Assembly: GCA_963832745.1 (NCBI GenBank) | Contig: CAWHVC010000005.1 | Location: forward strand, 256,001 to 320,000 | DNA: 64,000 nucleotides | Direction: 5' to 3' | Source: Candidatus Bathyarchaeota archaeon | GTDB lineage: Archaea > Thermoproteota > Bathyarchaeia > Bathyarchaeales > Bathycorpusculaceae | In this document: positions 9,105 to 19,368 of the stretch, piece after piece | Numbering within the stretch: the first letter of the stretch is position 1 | Layout of the letters: each line of letters starts with the position of its first letter | The notes under the pieces: generated by a model | Told to the model about the DNA's origin: nothing | The model's input: the letters and a program-made list of their open reading frames with translations, nothing else | Database searches by the model: none | Translations under genes and position numbers: made by a program

Positions 9105-10322
9105 ATGGAGCCCTTCAGCATAATTACAGAAATTTTGATTGTTTTAGCCGCTGCACTCTTACTAGGTGAACTGTTCGAACGTTTCCGTCTTCCCGCAGTT
9201 ATTGGCGAAATTTTGAGCGGAATGATAATTGGCCCTTCTCTGCTGGGGCTGGTTGTTGCGGATGAATCTTTTAGGGCTATTTCATCAATCGCTTTGTTCT
9301 TCATCATTTTTCATATAGGGTTTCAGATGAAAACACAAATGATACATGGAAGAATTCAGGTGGCGTCTTTGTTTTCGATAACCAGTTTCATGATACCGTT
9401 GGGGTGGATGGCATTGGCAGCGCCGTTATTCTTCCCTTTCAGCATAACTGAAAGTTTAGTCCTTGCCTTGGCAATAGCCGTGCCCTCACTTTCAATTGTT
9501 TCAGTTCTTATTTATCAGTACAACCTACTAAAAACCACCACAGGACAAACAATTCTAGCTTCAGTCACTATATCGGACGTTTTAGCGTTTATTTTTCTCG
9601 CAGGCATCATAAGACCCATAGAAAGCACACTTACAATTTCAGTGGAAATTTTTCTTTTCATAGTCTTTTACGCTATTTTAGATGCTGTATTAAACTGGAA
9701 ACCTCAATTTTTTCAAAATCTTATTTCCCGTTCATCAGGTTTTTTTAAAAGACAAGACTTCGCCTTTGCTCTACTACTAGTTATCGCCCTGCTGGTTTCG
9801 GTTGTCTTTCAAAACATGGGCTTAAGCTTTATCTTAGGAGCGTTCTTTGCAGGATTAATCTTACATGACGGTTTTATTGGAAGAAAAGCTTGCGACAGAA
9901 TCTCACAAACATTATCCACTATGAACAATATTTTCTTCATTCCAATCTTTTTTGGTTTTGCAGGAGTTGAGGTGGTACTTGCGGGAATAGACAGCCTTTA
10001 CTTTGTTGGTATGGCTTTGCTTATCACAATAGCCTTGGGCATTGGAATTACTTTGACATATATTGTTTCAAAGAAATACTTACACGCTAAAGTAGATATT
10101 GCACCTAAACAGTTGGCAGGCCTTCTTGGAGGAAGAGGTGCCATCGGAATCGTTATAGCAACAGTGGCTTTAAGTGAAGGCTTCTTAAGTCAAGTGGGCT
10201 TCTCTTTAGTGATAGTTGCGACGTTAATTTTCTCGTTAATAATTCCGTTTCTTACTGGAAGAAAAGCAGTACAAGAACCAATCAAAGAAAAATGTGCTGA
10301 CGAGATAATAATAGTTGCTTAA
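9105..10322 (+). CDS. Cation:proton antiporter (CPA2 family)
   Basis: LPAVIGEILSGMIIGPS, ~12 TM helices, LGAFFAGL, FFIPIFF, GRG in the penultimate helix. Confidence 0.88.
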   Translation: MEPFSIITEILIVLAAALLLGELFERFRLPAVIGEILSGMIIGPSLLGLVVADESFRAISSIALFFIIFHIGFQMKTQMIHGRIQVASLFSITSFMIPLGWMALAAPLFFPFSITESLVLALAIAVPSLSIVSVLIYQYNLLKTTTGQTILASVTISDVLAFIFLAGIIRPIESTLTISVEIFLFIVFYAILDAVLNWKPQFFQNLISRSSGFFKRQDFAFALLLVIALLVSVVFQNMGLSFILGAFFAGLILHDGFIGRKACDRISQTLSTMNNIFFIPIFFGFAGVEVVLAGIDSLYFVGMALLITIALGIGITLTYIVSKKYLHAKVDIAPKQLAGLLGGRGAIGIVIATVALSEGFLSQVGFSLVIVATLIFSLIIPFLTGRKAVQEPIKEKCADEIIIVA

Positions 10323-10350
10323 TAAATTCATCGCACCGAACAATTAACGG

Positions 10351-10929
10351 CTAGTTTAAAGGCGCTAATTTTGCGCCATCACTAAAAGCTTTGCCAATCA
10401 CGACTCCGGGTGCCCGATAGCTTGAATCTGCAAAATTCAACGTGAAAAGCCCCAATTTCGCAGTGTCAGGTTTGCCATTGGTCAAATATTTTTGTTCAGT
10501 AAATGAGTCAATTATTTGACCTATGAAAACCTCGTTTTTTGGCAATTCAACAACAGCGATGAGTCTACATTCTATGCAGAGAGGGCATTCTTTTATCATC
10601 GGCGCATCTGGAAGAGAACCGTAGAATACTTGGAAAAGCTGTGACTTGTCAACTTTTTCGCCTGAAACCAAACCGCAGTAATCAACTTTTGCTGCAAGGT
10701 TGCTTGCGGGAAAGTTTAAACTGAAAACTTTTTTCTCTTTGATAAATTTGTTAGAAAAACGGACCTTGTTTAGGCTTAAAGACACCATTGGAGGGTCAAG
10801 ACTTGCCGTTGCAATCGAGCCTACTGTTGTAAAGTTTGGCCTGTTATCTGTCACGTTTACCCCGACGAGTCCCAACGGCATGGGAAACATCATACTGTTT
10901 TTGCCAAGTGAAACTTTATCCATAAACAT
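10351..10929 (-). CDS. Flavin reductase (flavoredoxin-like) family protein
   Basis: FPMPLGLVG, VDYCGLVSG, APMIKECPLCIECRL. Confidence 0.88.
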   Translation of the reverse strand: MFMDKVSLGKNSMMFPMPLGLVGVNVTDNRPNFTTVGSIATASLDPPMVSLSLNKVRFSNKFIKEKKVFSLNFPASNLAAKVDYCGLVSGEKVDKSQLFQVFYGSLPDAPMIKECPLCIECRLIAVVELPKNEVFIGQIIDSFTEQKYLTNGKPDTAKLGLFTLNFADSSYRAPGVVIGKAFSDGAKLAPLN

Positions 10930-11511
10930 GCATTGTCCTTTATGATTAGTTGCAACGTAGTTTAAGGGTAAGTCAACGTTTTTATTAAGAATTCTTTACT
11001 GTTTTGAGAATTAAGCATGGGACTACCCGCGCTTTTTGTAAGTTAGCGGTTGTTTTGGATTTTGCAAGTTGGTTAAGTGGGGTTCTCAAAAAGGATTAAA
11101 TTAAATTTCTATGCCCTAATGAAGCAACCAAGTATGAGGTAAAAAGAATGGATAATGCGGCAGTATTTGAATGCTTAAACTTTCAATCTGGCGTGTTTCC
11201 AACGGCGTTATTGTGCGCACCAAGATTTGCTGACGCTAAACCGCTGGATTCAGCCGAAAATGACGGGATTTGGGGCTATAAAGTAGCCTTAATCCCGAAC
11301 TCTTTAAATGCAGGGTTCCACAATTACGGGAAAACAAACTTCAAAGATAAGCAAGTAGGTAAATCGTTGAAGATGATGTCTAATCAATCTAATGTAAAAG
11401 CAGAAAACTATTTGGTTTTCAAAGACTCCTGTATCATTAGCAACACATCGCTTTTATTGTGGACGAAGAGGTCCATAAGTTACCTATCATGAGGTTTCTG
11501 GCGGAATAAAT

Positions 11512-14274
11512 TTGGAAAAAGCTGCGTCTACGCAAATTGAAGATCTTTATAATGATCTTAAAACGTCACCGGATGGTTTAACAACTGAAGAAGCCAAAGC
11601 ACGTTTAAGAAAATACGGGGCAAACAAACTTTTTGAAAAAAGGCAAATCCCGTTCATTTACAAATTCATTACTCATCTTAGAGACTTATTTGGCATATTA
11701 TTGTTAGTTGCTTCAGTGCTTTCTTATATCAGCGGCAACCCAGAATTAGGTATAATTATTTTAGCTGTAGTTTTCGTCAACATTTTCGTCAGTATGTTCC
11801 AGGAATCACGTGCAGAAAAAGCTATGGCAACATTGAGGAACTGGATGCCGGAATACGCTAAAGTTTACCGTGATGGGGAACTCAAGAAGATTGGCGTCAG
11901 AGAAATTGTTCCAGGCGACATCATAGTTCTTGAGGAAGGTGACCGTGTTCCCGCGGATGCACGGTTAATTGAAACCTTTGATTTATGGACAAACAATGTT
12001 CCACTTACAGGGGAATCTGAACCTCAGCCACGTAACGCTGAAACAGTCCAAACGGTTGAGAAAGCATACCTGTATTCGCCTAACCTCATATTCATGAGTA
12101 CAAGTGTTGCAAAAGGCAAGGGCACTGCAGTTGCTTACGCCACAGGCATGAGCACACAGTTCGGAAAAATTGCCAGTTTAACACAAACTATTCGTGAAGA
12201 AGAAAGTCCACTTCAAAAAGAAATTGCTATGATGGCAAAATTCGACTTCGTTTTAGCAGTGATTGTGGGTGCGGCTTTCTTTTTGGCAAGCGTGCTTTTC
12301 CTGCATGTTTCACTTGCTTCAAGTATACTGTTCATGATTGGCGTTATGGTTTGCTGTGTTCCAGAAGGCTTACAGGTTACAGTTTCTAGCGCATTAGCCA
12401 TTAACGTGCTGAAAATGGTCAAGCAACATGTGCTTGTTAAACGTTTATCAGCCGTTCAAACATTGGGCAGTGTCACGGTTATCTGCACTGACAAAACGGG
12501 CACTATAACAAAAGGCGAAATGACCGTAAACAAGCTTTGGGTAAAAGACCGTGTGGTTGAAGTTTCCGGTTTAGGTTACAATCCAGTCGGCGACTTTACC
12601 ATAAATGGTCAAACAATTCATGAAGACGATAATGAAACAAGTTCGCTTGAACGACTGCTGGAAATAGCCGCGTTATGTAATGGTGCAAAGGTTGATCCAC
12701 CATCTAAACGCAATAAAAACTGGAGTGTAATAGGTGACCCAACTGACGGCGCATTACTTGTTGCTGCTTTGAAATACGGCATGAACATGGACGATGAATT
12801 GGAAGAAAAACCAATCCTTGACATTTTACCGTTCAGTTTCGAACGCAAACGTATGACAACAGTTCATGAACTCAACGATGAAGTGCTGGTTTACACTAAA
12901 GGTGCTCATAAGAATACTCTTGACGTCTGCAGTAAAATGTACGCTGACGGCAAAATCGAAGAATTAAACCAAGAAAACATGATGCTTATTGAAGCTCGTA
13001 TTGAAGAATTCGCAAGACAAGGCTTACGCGTCATCGCTATAGCATACAAGAAAATACCTAAAAACCAGTACACCAAAGGCGAAAACGTCGAAGACGTCGA
13101 AAAAGACTTAATCTTCGTTGGTTTAGCTGCAATGCGTGACCCGCCCAGAGCAGAAGTTAAAGACGCAGTTGCAAAAGCAAAACAAGCAGGCATTAGGACA
13201 GTAATTATTACAGGAGATTATGGCCCAACCGCCCAGGCAATCGCAAAAGAAGTCGGTATCGTAGAAGGCGAATACTCTCAAGTCATTAGCGGAGTTGACC
13301 TTGAAAACTTAAGCGACAAAGTAATAGTTGATGAAGTCAAAAAAGGTAACGTAATCTTTGCGCGTGTTGCTCCAGAACAGAAACTGCGCATTGTCAAAGT
13401 GATTAAAAAGAGCGGCGAAATCGTGGCAGTAACCGGCGACGGCGCAAATGATGCACCTTCACTTAAAGAAGCTGACATTGGCGTTGCCATGGGAGCTTCT
13501 GGAACAGATGTTGCACGTGAAGCGGCAGACATAGTCCTGCTTAACGATAGTTTTGCTTCAATTGTTAAAGCTGTTGAATCAGGTAGGGCAATCTATGATA
13601 ATATACGCAAATTCATCGTGTATGTGTTCAGCCACAACTGGGCGGAACTTATCCCATACCTTCTTTACGCTTTGCTGGCTATTCCTTTGCCGCTGCTTGT
13701 AGTGCAAGTGTTGGTTATTGACTTAGCCATTGATGTTATTCCAAGCTTAGCTTTAAGCCGTGAACCACCTGAGGCAGGCATCATGCAGGAGCCACCTAGA
13801 AGCACAAAAGAAAGACTGTTCACACGTAAAATCTTCCTACGCTCAGTCTTCATCGGCGGAATAATCGCGATCGGCGCAATGATTGGATGCTTAAACGCTT
13901 GGATGGCAGGTGGATGGCAACTTGGACAGCAATTAGCAGCTAATGACCCTGTCTACATCAAAGGTGTAACAATGACGTTTGCAGGCATCGTGGTTGCCCA
14001 AGCAGGAAACGTTCTTGCAAGCAGAACCAGCAAGCAATCAATCTTCAAAACCAGCATAAGAACCAACAAATGGATAGTTGTAGGCATCGCAGCGCAGTTG
14101 GCAATCTTGGCATTACTGATCTATGTGCCGGTGATGAATGGTTTCTTCGGAACTACACCGTTGAACCTGACCGACTGGGCATACTTGATAAGTCTTGCAG
14201 TGATTGTCGTGTTTGCAGAAGAAATACGTAAACTGCTTTCACGGAAGCTGGCTAAAAAGTCAATCAAACAATAA
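11512..14274 (+). CDS. Cation-transporting P-type ATPase (type II)
   Basis: TGES, PEGL, DKTGT, KGA, DPPR, TGD and GDGANDAPSLK motifs. Confidence 0.95.
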   Translation: MEKAASTQIEDLYNDLKTSPDGLTTEEAKARLRKYGANKLFEKRQIPFIYKFITHLRDLFGILLLVASVLSYISGNPELGIIILAVVFVNIFVSMFQESRAEKAMATLRNWMPEYAKVYRDGELKKIGVREIVPGDIIVLEEGDRVPADARLIETFDLWTNNVPLTGESEPQPRNAETVQTVEKAYLYSPNLIFMSTSVAKGKGTAVAYATGMSTQFGKIASLTQTIREEESPLQKEIAMMAKFDFVLAVIVGAAFFLASVLFLHVSLASSILFMIGVMVCCVPEGLQVTVSSALAINVLKMVKQHVLVKRLSAVQTLGSVTVICTDKTGTITKGEMTVNKLWVKDRVVEVSGLGYNPVGDFTINGQTIHEDDNETSSLERLLEIAALCNGAKVDPPSKRNKNWSVIGDPTDGALLVAALKYGMNMDDELEEKPILDILPFSFERKRMTTVHELNDEVLVYTKGAHKNTLDVCSKMYADGKIEELNQENMMLIEARIEEFARQGLRVIAIAYKKIPKNQYTKGENVEDVEKDLIFVGLAAMRDPPRAEVKDAVAKAKQAGIRTVIITGDYGPTAQAIAKEVGIVEGEYSQVISGVDLENLSDKVIVDEVKKGNVIFARVAPEQKLRIVKVIKKSGEIVAVTGDGANDAPSLKEADIGVAMGASGTDVAREAADIVLLNDSFASIVKAVESGRAIYDNIRKFIVYVFSHNWAELIPYLLYALLAIPLPLLVVQVLVIDLAIDVIPSLALSREPPEAGIMQEPPRSTKERLFTRKIFLRSVFIGGIIAIGAMIGCLNAWMAGGWQLGQQLAANDPVYIKGVTMTFAGIVVAQAGNVLASRTSKQSIFKTSIRTNKWIVVGIAAQLAILALLIYVPVMNGFFGTTPLNLTDWAYLISLAVIVVFAEEIRKLLSRKLAKKSIKQ

Positions 14275-14295
14275 GAGTCTACACTTCCTTTATTT

Positions 14296-14468
14296 TTTCA
14301 ATATTTTGAATAAATTTTTCAATCATTAGTACTTACCACCCTTTTTTGTTTTGAAGTTTTAGTGGCAGAAAAGTGTGGGTAGCGCCTAATCATACTGGAA
14401 AAAGTAGACCCCTTATAGGGTTGTGCAATGTTTCTAATAGACTCTAAATATGCGGCAAATAAGATGGT
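14296..14468 (-). repeat. Dispersed intergenic element, copy B (more degenerate)
   Basis: TTTTGAAGTTTTAGTGGCAGAAAAGTGTGGGTAGCGCCT..TAGACCCC..TAGG..TGCA..TTTCTAATAG..AAATA aligns colinearly with 54433-54554. Confidence 0.75.
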
Positions 14469-14477
14469 GAAGCGTTT

Positions 14478-15288
14478 TTAGGCAGATAAGAAGCCGCCGT
14501 CAACAACAATCAGTGCCCCCGTGACATAGCTTGAAAAATCAGTTGCCAAAACTAGAGCCATTCGGGCAATTTCGTCAGGGGCGCCCATTCTGCCAAGAGG
14601 CGTCCTTAACCCGTACTCTATTCCTGTCTTGACGATGCTGGGCTTAAACTTTAACACGTCTTTAGCTACGCCTTTTGTGCCTTCTGTCCAGACTCCGCCG
14701 GGAACAAGCACGTTTATTCTAAAGCCGCGTTTTCCGTACTCACTGGCTAATGCTCTTGTTAGAGCCATAACGCCGGCTTTTGAGATGTCATAGTGGCAGA
14801 GGTCTTGCTTTAGGGGCATGATAGCTTCAATTGAACCCATGTTTATTATGACGCCGCCCTTCTTTGACCGCCCCTTTATCATTTGCTGGCACATCCAGAA
14901 CACCGACTTCAAATTAACATCAAGAACCTTCTGCAAAAACGCTTCTTCAACATCCAAAAAACACATGGAAGGGTAAATTCCTGCATTGTTAACCAGAATG
15001 TCAGGTTCTTTTCCAATTAGTGTCTTCCATAAATTGTCGATTTCAATCTTTTTTGAGAGGTCTGTTTTGTGAAGGCAGATTTCAACTTTGAACTGTTGCA
15101 GGTTTTCTTTGACTTTAACCAGCCTTTCTTCATCAACATCCACCAACTCCAAGCTTGCACCTGCCTCAGCAAACCTATACGCAATAGCCTCGCCAATGCC
15201 GCTTCCAGACCCAGTGATAAGCGCGGTCTTGTTTTGAAGGGATAAAAGTTCTGATAAAGAGGGAAGGCTGCCCTTTTTTACTCAACAT
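14478..15288 (-). CDS. Short-chain dehydrogenase/reductase (one indel near the start)
   Basis: TALITGSGSGIG is in frame upstream of the listed ORF; NNAG, YDISK and PGGVWT are present. ATG 15288 follows GGAGG, with a +1 indel in the AAAAAAGGG run. Confidence 0.88.
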
Positions 15289-15320
15289 AAAGCCTCCAAG
15301 AAAAATAGGTTTACAGAGCT

Positions 15321-16592
15321 TTATTTACGCTTGTATTTTTTGAAGTAAACAAGTAAACCGGCTCCTAAAGCCAAAGAGGCACCGAGGACAGGAAGTATAA
15401 TTGGCAAAAGTGAAGGAGTTGGCGTAACTGTTTGGTGTTCAACGTTGTAGGGTGCCATTAAGGGGTAATTGTCTTGTCCAGCATTGACTGAAACGAATCC
15501 GTCGGCTTTTTGGTCCCACTGATACCCGTTAAGCTGGTAAGGAGTGTCGCCGATGCCGTCTCCGTTGCTGTCTACTCCTTGATAGTTGCCCCAGTAGTTG
15601 CCTATAGTTCCGTTATCCCAAAAAGTGCTTTGAACCTCAAAAACTGAAACATTACAGGAGTCAGCGGCAAAGGTGTTTCCGTAAAAATGGTTGTTGATGG
15701 CTCTTTCTTGAATGACTACAGCAAACCCGTTATCCTCAAAATAGTTTTTATACACAGTGTTGTTTTCAGCGTTAAAGACAAAACGTATTGCCTGATTGTG
15801 AAATCCAGTTACGCTATTATTGAAAAATAGGTTATTTGAGCAGTTAACAAATAATGCTATTCCTTCGACGCCTTTTTGACCAGCAGGCCCTGAAAGCGCA
15901 TTACCTGAGATAACGTTTGATTGAGCGCTGTCCAGTATTATAGGAAGCACAACCTCAAGCAGATTACCATAAACCAAATTAGAGACGCCAGTAATTTGTA
16001 TGCCATATGTGCTGCCGGTTAGAGTGTTATTTTTGATGGTGTTGTTTGCACCGTTTACGTTGATTGCTGCCGCGTTAAGGTCGGTGCGTAAATGTTTGAA
16101 AGTGTTATCTGCGACCAGACAGAAGCTTGAACCTTGAAGTGCCACACCCTTATTATTGCTATCAGAAAACAAGTTACCAACAATGGTAACATTTGAAGAG
16201 TCAATTACTTTTACAGCAGCATAGCAGGCTTCAAAATTTAAGCCAGTAACAGTAACGTTTTTGCAGTTAGACATAATTACACCGTTGTTCCCTGCGTCAT
16301 ACCCCATCCAACTAGCATTTCCCTGAATCGTGTGCCCAACGCCGTCAAGCACAATGTTGTCTCGTTGAATTTCCACAGTAAAAAGTATAATGTCATCGGT
16401 AAGTTTGTAGACGTTATCAGAATGTTCAATTGGCGCGGTTGGGGGTTCAACGGTTCCGTCGCTTCTTATGTAAATGCGGGGAAGGTCTGGTCCAGGGTCA
16501 GGAAAAAAGTTTGCTGACGAAAAATCGGTTAAAGTAATAATCGTTAAAGACAGCAAAAAAAGCAACAGTAAAGCGGACAGGGTTCGAGTCAT
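15321..16592 (-). CDS. NosD-like beta-helix surface protein with C-terminal TM anchor
   Basis: Signal peptide, IYIRSDGTVEP, parallel beta-helix repeats, WDNGTIGNYW..DSNGDGIGDTPY..DNYPL, then a TM helix and basic tail. Confidence 0.85.
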   Translation of the reverse strand: MTRTLSALLLLFLLSLTIITLTDFSSANFFPDPGPDLPRIYIRSDGTVEPPTAPIEHSDNVYKLTDDIILFTVEIQRDNIVLDGVGHTIQGNASWMGYDAGNNGVIMSNCKNVTVTGLNFEACYAAVKVIDSSNVTIVGNLFSDSNNKGVALQGSSFCLVADNTFKHLRTDLNAAAINVNGANNTIKNNTLTGSTYGIQITGVSNLVYGNLLEVVLPIILDSAQSNVISGNALSGPAGQKGVEGIALFVNCSNNLFFNNSVTGFHNQAIRFVFNAENNTVYKNYFEDNGFAVVIQERAINNHFYGNTFAADSCNVSVFEVQSTFWDNGTIGNYWGNYQGVDSNGDGIGDTPYQLNGYQWDQKADGFVSVNAGQDNYPLMAPYNVEHQTVTPTPSLLPIILPVLGASLALGAGLLVYFKKYKRK

Positions 16593-16636
16593 GCAGCATC
16601 AAATTGATTGGCGATTTTTAAGTAAAAAGGTATTTC

Positions 16637-16699
16637 CGTCAAAGAATCTTGACTAAAACTGCTTAAAAGTAAAAAAGATTCAGTCAAGGTTTCTTGACT
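16637..16699. promoter_or_regulatory. Pair of palindromic operator-like sites, AGTCAA-N6-TTGACT
   Basis: CGTCAAagaatcTTGACT (16637-16654) and AGTCAAggtttcTTGACT (16682-16699) lie between divergent surface-protein genes. The same motif recurs twice at 44802-44843. Confidence 0.65.
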
Positions 16700-16760
16700 A
16701 AAGATTTATCAGCTAACTTAATAGTCCTTTGAATAGCAACAAAGAGTTGAAAAGCAAACC

Positions 16761-18065
16761 ATGGGAAAAACATTCAGTAGTTTACTGATTGTACTACTAA
16801 CAACTATCTTATTAACAGGAATTGTCGGGACTGAAACGCCAGTTGCAGCAGCAGACACCCAACAAAACGTTGAAACAGCCACAACTGTAACGGTGGATCC
16901 TAACCCTGCAGTATTTGGACAAACAGTTCAAATAAACGTGTCAATTTCACCTCCACCGCCAACAATGGATGACTATTTTTCAGGCATTATAATCGAAATA
17001 ACCAACCCCAAGGGTGACAATACGACAATAGGACCTTTGAAAGCTTCTCCTGATTGGCAAGATAAAACAATCGACACAATCTGGGTTAATTATGTACCTG
17101 GCCAAGCGGGAACCTTTAAAATAACAGCGTATTATGAGGGAGACACCTATTCTGACGGCGGTATTGCATATTTGCCCTCGACAAGCAACACGGTATCATT
17201 GAATGCAACGTGGGAAGTAGAACCGCAACCAACCCCGACTTCTACACAAACGCCCACCCAGACAACATCAACGCCAACACCCACCGCCACGCCATGGCCA
17301 ACCCCTACAGCAACTCCACCACCTACGCCCACTCCAACGCCTCAAATCAAAAAAACAGCAAGTCTCTCCATTGAAACAGAAAACACGGTACAAACAACAG
17401 AATCTCCATTAATAGTAAAAGGAAGACTAATTGCGCCTGGCACAATAGGAATCGCTGTTCAAGATATAACAATTTCATACTCAACGCCCAACAATGCTTC
17501 ATGGAAACCCATTGGCATATACATGACTAACGAGTGGGGAATGTACAGTTTTCGATGGATGAATCCAATATCAGGCACATTTTTGATAAAGGCTGAATGG
17601 ACTGGAAACAGCGAATATCAAGCTGTAAGCAACACCACAACCATAAGCAGGATACCCATAGGAGAACAGCAAGCAATCATCCAGTCAAATAGCACCATAA
17701 CGCAGCTAAATTACAATCAAACAGTGGGGCTCAGCTTTACCGTAAGCGGTGAAACCGGAACTGAAGGTTATGCGCAAGTTGTTGTGCCTAAGAGTTTGAT
17801 GACTGAAAGCCAAAACATCAAAGTACGCATGGATGGAAAAGCAATAAACTTTGTTTTAACCACCATCGAGGATTCATGGATAATCAGCTTCACTTACCAG
17901 CATAGCATGCATCAAGTAGTAATCAACGCCAACACAAACAGTTTGCAGGGTGACTCATTATCAGTCTTTGGTGATATGCTATGGGTTTACATAGGAAGCG
18001 TTGTAGCTGCATTGGCGGTAGCGTCAGCCGTGATAGTTTGGTTGGCTAAAACAAGGAAAAAATAG
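16761..18065 (+). CDS. Secreted Ig-like domain protein with Pro/Thr linker and C-terminal TM anchor
   Basis: Signal peptide, beta-rich domains, PTPT repeat linker, SNSTI..FTVSGETGTEGY..PKSL..DG..FTYQHSMH domain, TM helix plus KTRKK. Confidence 0.8.
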   Translation: MGKTFSSLLIVLLTTILLTGIVGTETPVAAADTQQNVETATTVTVDPNPAVFGQTVQINVSISPPPPTMDDYFSGIIIEITNPKGDNTTIGPLKASPDWQDKTIDTIWVNYVPGQAGTFKITAYYEGDTYSDGGIAYLPSTSNTVSLNATWEVEPQPTPTSTQTPTQTTSTPTPTATPWPTPTATPPPTPTPTPQIKKTASLSIETENTVQTTESPLIVKGRLIAPGTIGIAVQDITISYSTPNNASWKPIGIYMTNEWGMYSFRWMNPISGTFLIKAEWTGNSEYQAVSNTTTISRIPIGEQQAIIQSNSTITQLNYNQTVGLSFTVSGETGTEGYAQVVVPKSLMTESQNIKVRMDGKAINFVLTTIEDSWIISFTYQHSMHQVVINANTNSLQGDSLSVFGDMLWVYIGSVVAALAVASAVIVWLAKTRKK

Positions 18066-18069
18066 CAGG

Positions 18070-19368
18070 TTACTGGCTTTTTCTGGGCTGCACATCTTCC
18101 TGCTGCTTAAGCAACACTATTGAGTCGCTGGGCAAATCGCGGGTAACCATAAAGTTTGCGCCCACCCAAGTGTTAGCGCCCACTTTTACGCCCGGCATAA
18201 AAGAGGCTTTGATTCCAGTTTTAACGTTGTCACCTAAAACTACGCCGAGTTTGCGTCTGCCAGTGTCCACAACTTTGTCTCTGATTGCCATTTTGATTTT
18301 GCCGTCATCAAAACGCAGGTTTGCCGTTATTGTGCCTGCTCCGAAATTGCATTTTTCGCCGATTACGCTATCACCAACGTATGAGAGGTGACCGATGTGG
18401 GTTCCATCCATAACGAGACAGTTTTTGATTTCAACTGCGTTGCCAATACGGGTTTTTTGGCCCAAACTTACACCGGAACGGATGAAACAGTTGGGTCCAA
18501 CGTCTGCTTCTTCATCAATGAAAACTGGACCTTCAATGTAAGCGCCTGAACGAATCCTAGCTGATTCAGCAACGTAAACGGGACCAATCAAATGTGCGCC
18601 CTGTTCAACGGTGCCTAACACTTTGGGTTCCATGCGTTTAAGAGCCCAATTATTAGCATCAAGCAAATCCCAAGGTCTACCCACGTCAAACCATGCGTCC
18701 TTGGCGAGTTCGGCAACCAGCACGGTTTTGCCTTCAGAAGCCAGCATTGTCAAGGCATCGGTGAGTTCCCATTCGCCACGCACTGATTTCTTAACGTTAC
18801 GCAGCTTGTCAAAAACTTCGTTTGAAAACACGTAAACGCCGGCGTTTGCCAAGTTTGAAGGCGCCTTTCCAGCCTCGGGCTTTTCAACTATGCGTTTGAG
18901 TTTTTTGCCTTCAGCAAATTCGATGATGCCGTAGCTTTCGGGTTTGTCAACGGGAACAACAGCCATAACCGCTTCAGGCTTAGCCGACCTATACAGGTCG
19001 ACAGCTTGCTTCACTGCATCCGCCGCAAACAGCAAGTCACCATAAATTAGCACAAATTCGCCCTCAACGTACGGTTCAGCCACGGCTGCAGCGTTGCCCG
19101 TGCCCAAAATCTCTTTTTGCTCAACATAAGTGATTTTTAAGCCTTGATTAGCACCATCGCCAAAGTAGTCTTTTATTTTATCACTCATATAGTGAGTAAC
19201 TATTACAGCTTCGGTGATGCCGACGGTTTTTACTGCATCAAGACAATACTGCAAAATAGGCTTTCCAGCCAGTTTGATTAAGTGCTTAGGGCGCGTGGAC
19301 GTTATGGGCTGTAGCCTTTGGCCTTCGCCTGCAGCTAACAAAACCGCTTTCACTTTAAGCCACCTCAA
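18070..19368 (-). CDS. glmU: Bifunctional sugar-1-phosphate nucleotidylyltransferase/acetyltransferase
   Basis: LAAGEGQRLQPITSTRPK, GTG, hexapeptide repeats, HLSYVGDS, GAGTITANLRFD; adjacent to glmM. Confidence 0.9.
   Translation of the reverse strand: MRWLKVKAVLLAAGEGQRLQPITSTRPKHLIKLAGKPILQYCLDAVKTVGITEAVIVTHYMSDKIKDYFGDGANQGLKITYVEQKEILGTGNAAAVAEPYVEGEFVLIYGDLLFAADAVKQAVDLYRSAKPEAVMAVVPVDKPESYGIIEFAEGKKLKRIVEKPEAGKAPSNLANAGVYVFSNEVFDKLRNVKKSVRGEWELTDALTMLASEGKTVLVAELAKDAWFDVGRPWDLLDANNWALKRMEPKVLGTVEQGAHLIGPVYVAESARIRSGAYIEGPVFIDEEADVGPNCFIRSGVSLGQKTRIGNAVEIKNCLVMDGTHIGHLSYVGDSVIGEKCNFGAGTITANLRFDDGKIKMAIRDKVVDTGRRKLGVVLGDNVKTGIKASFMPGVKVGANTWVGANFMVTRDLPSDSIVLLKQQEDVQPRKSQ

Noticed and set aside
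10971-11000. Possible fifth AGTCAA-N6-TTGACT site
   Set aside because: Only half-sites match (AGTCAA at 10971, TTTACT at 10995) and the spacing is wrong.
11148-11492. 114-aa ORF upstream of the P-type ATPase
   Set aside because: No recognisable motif; it could be spurious or a remnant, so it is not called.
17225-17345. Tandem-like CCAAC/ACGCC repeats
   Set aside because: They simply encode the Pro/Thr linker of the secreted protein.
6893-18065. Genomic island integrated at tRNA-Lys
   Set aside because: No integrase and no duplicated tRNA 3' end was found by eye within the window.
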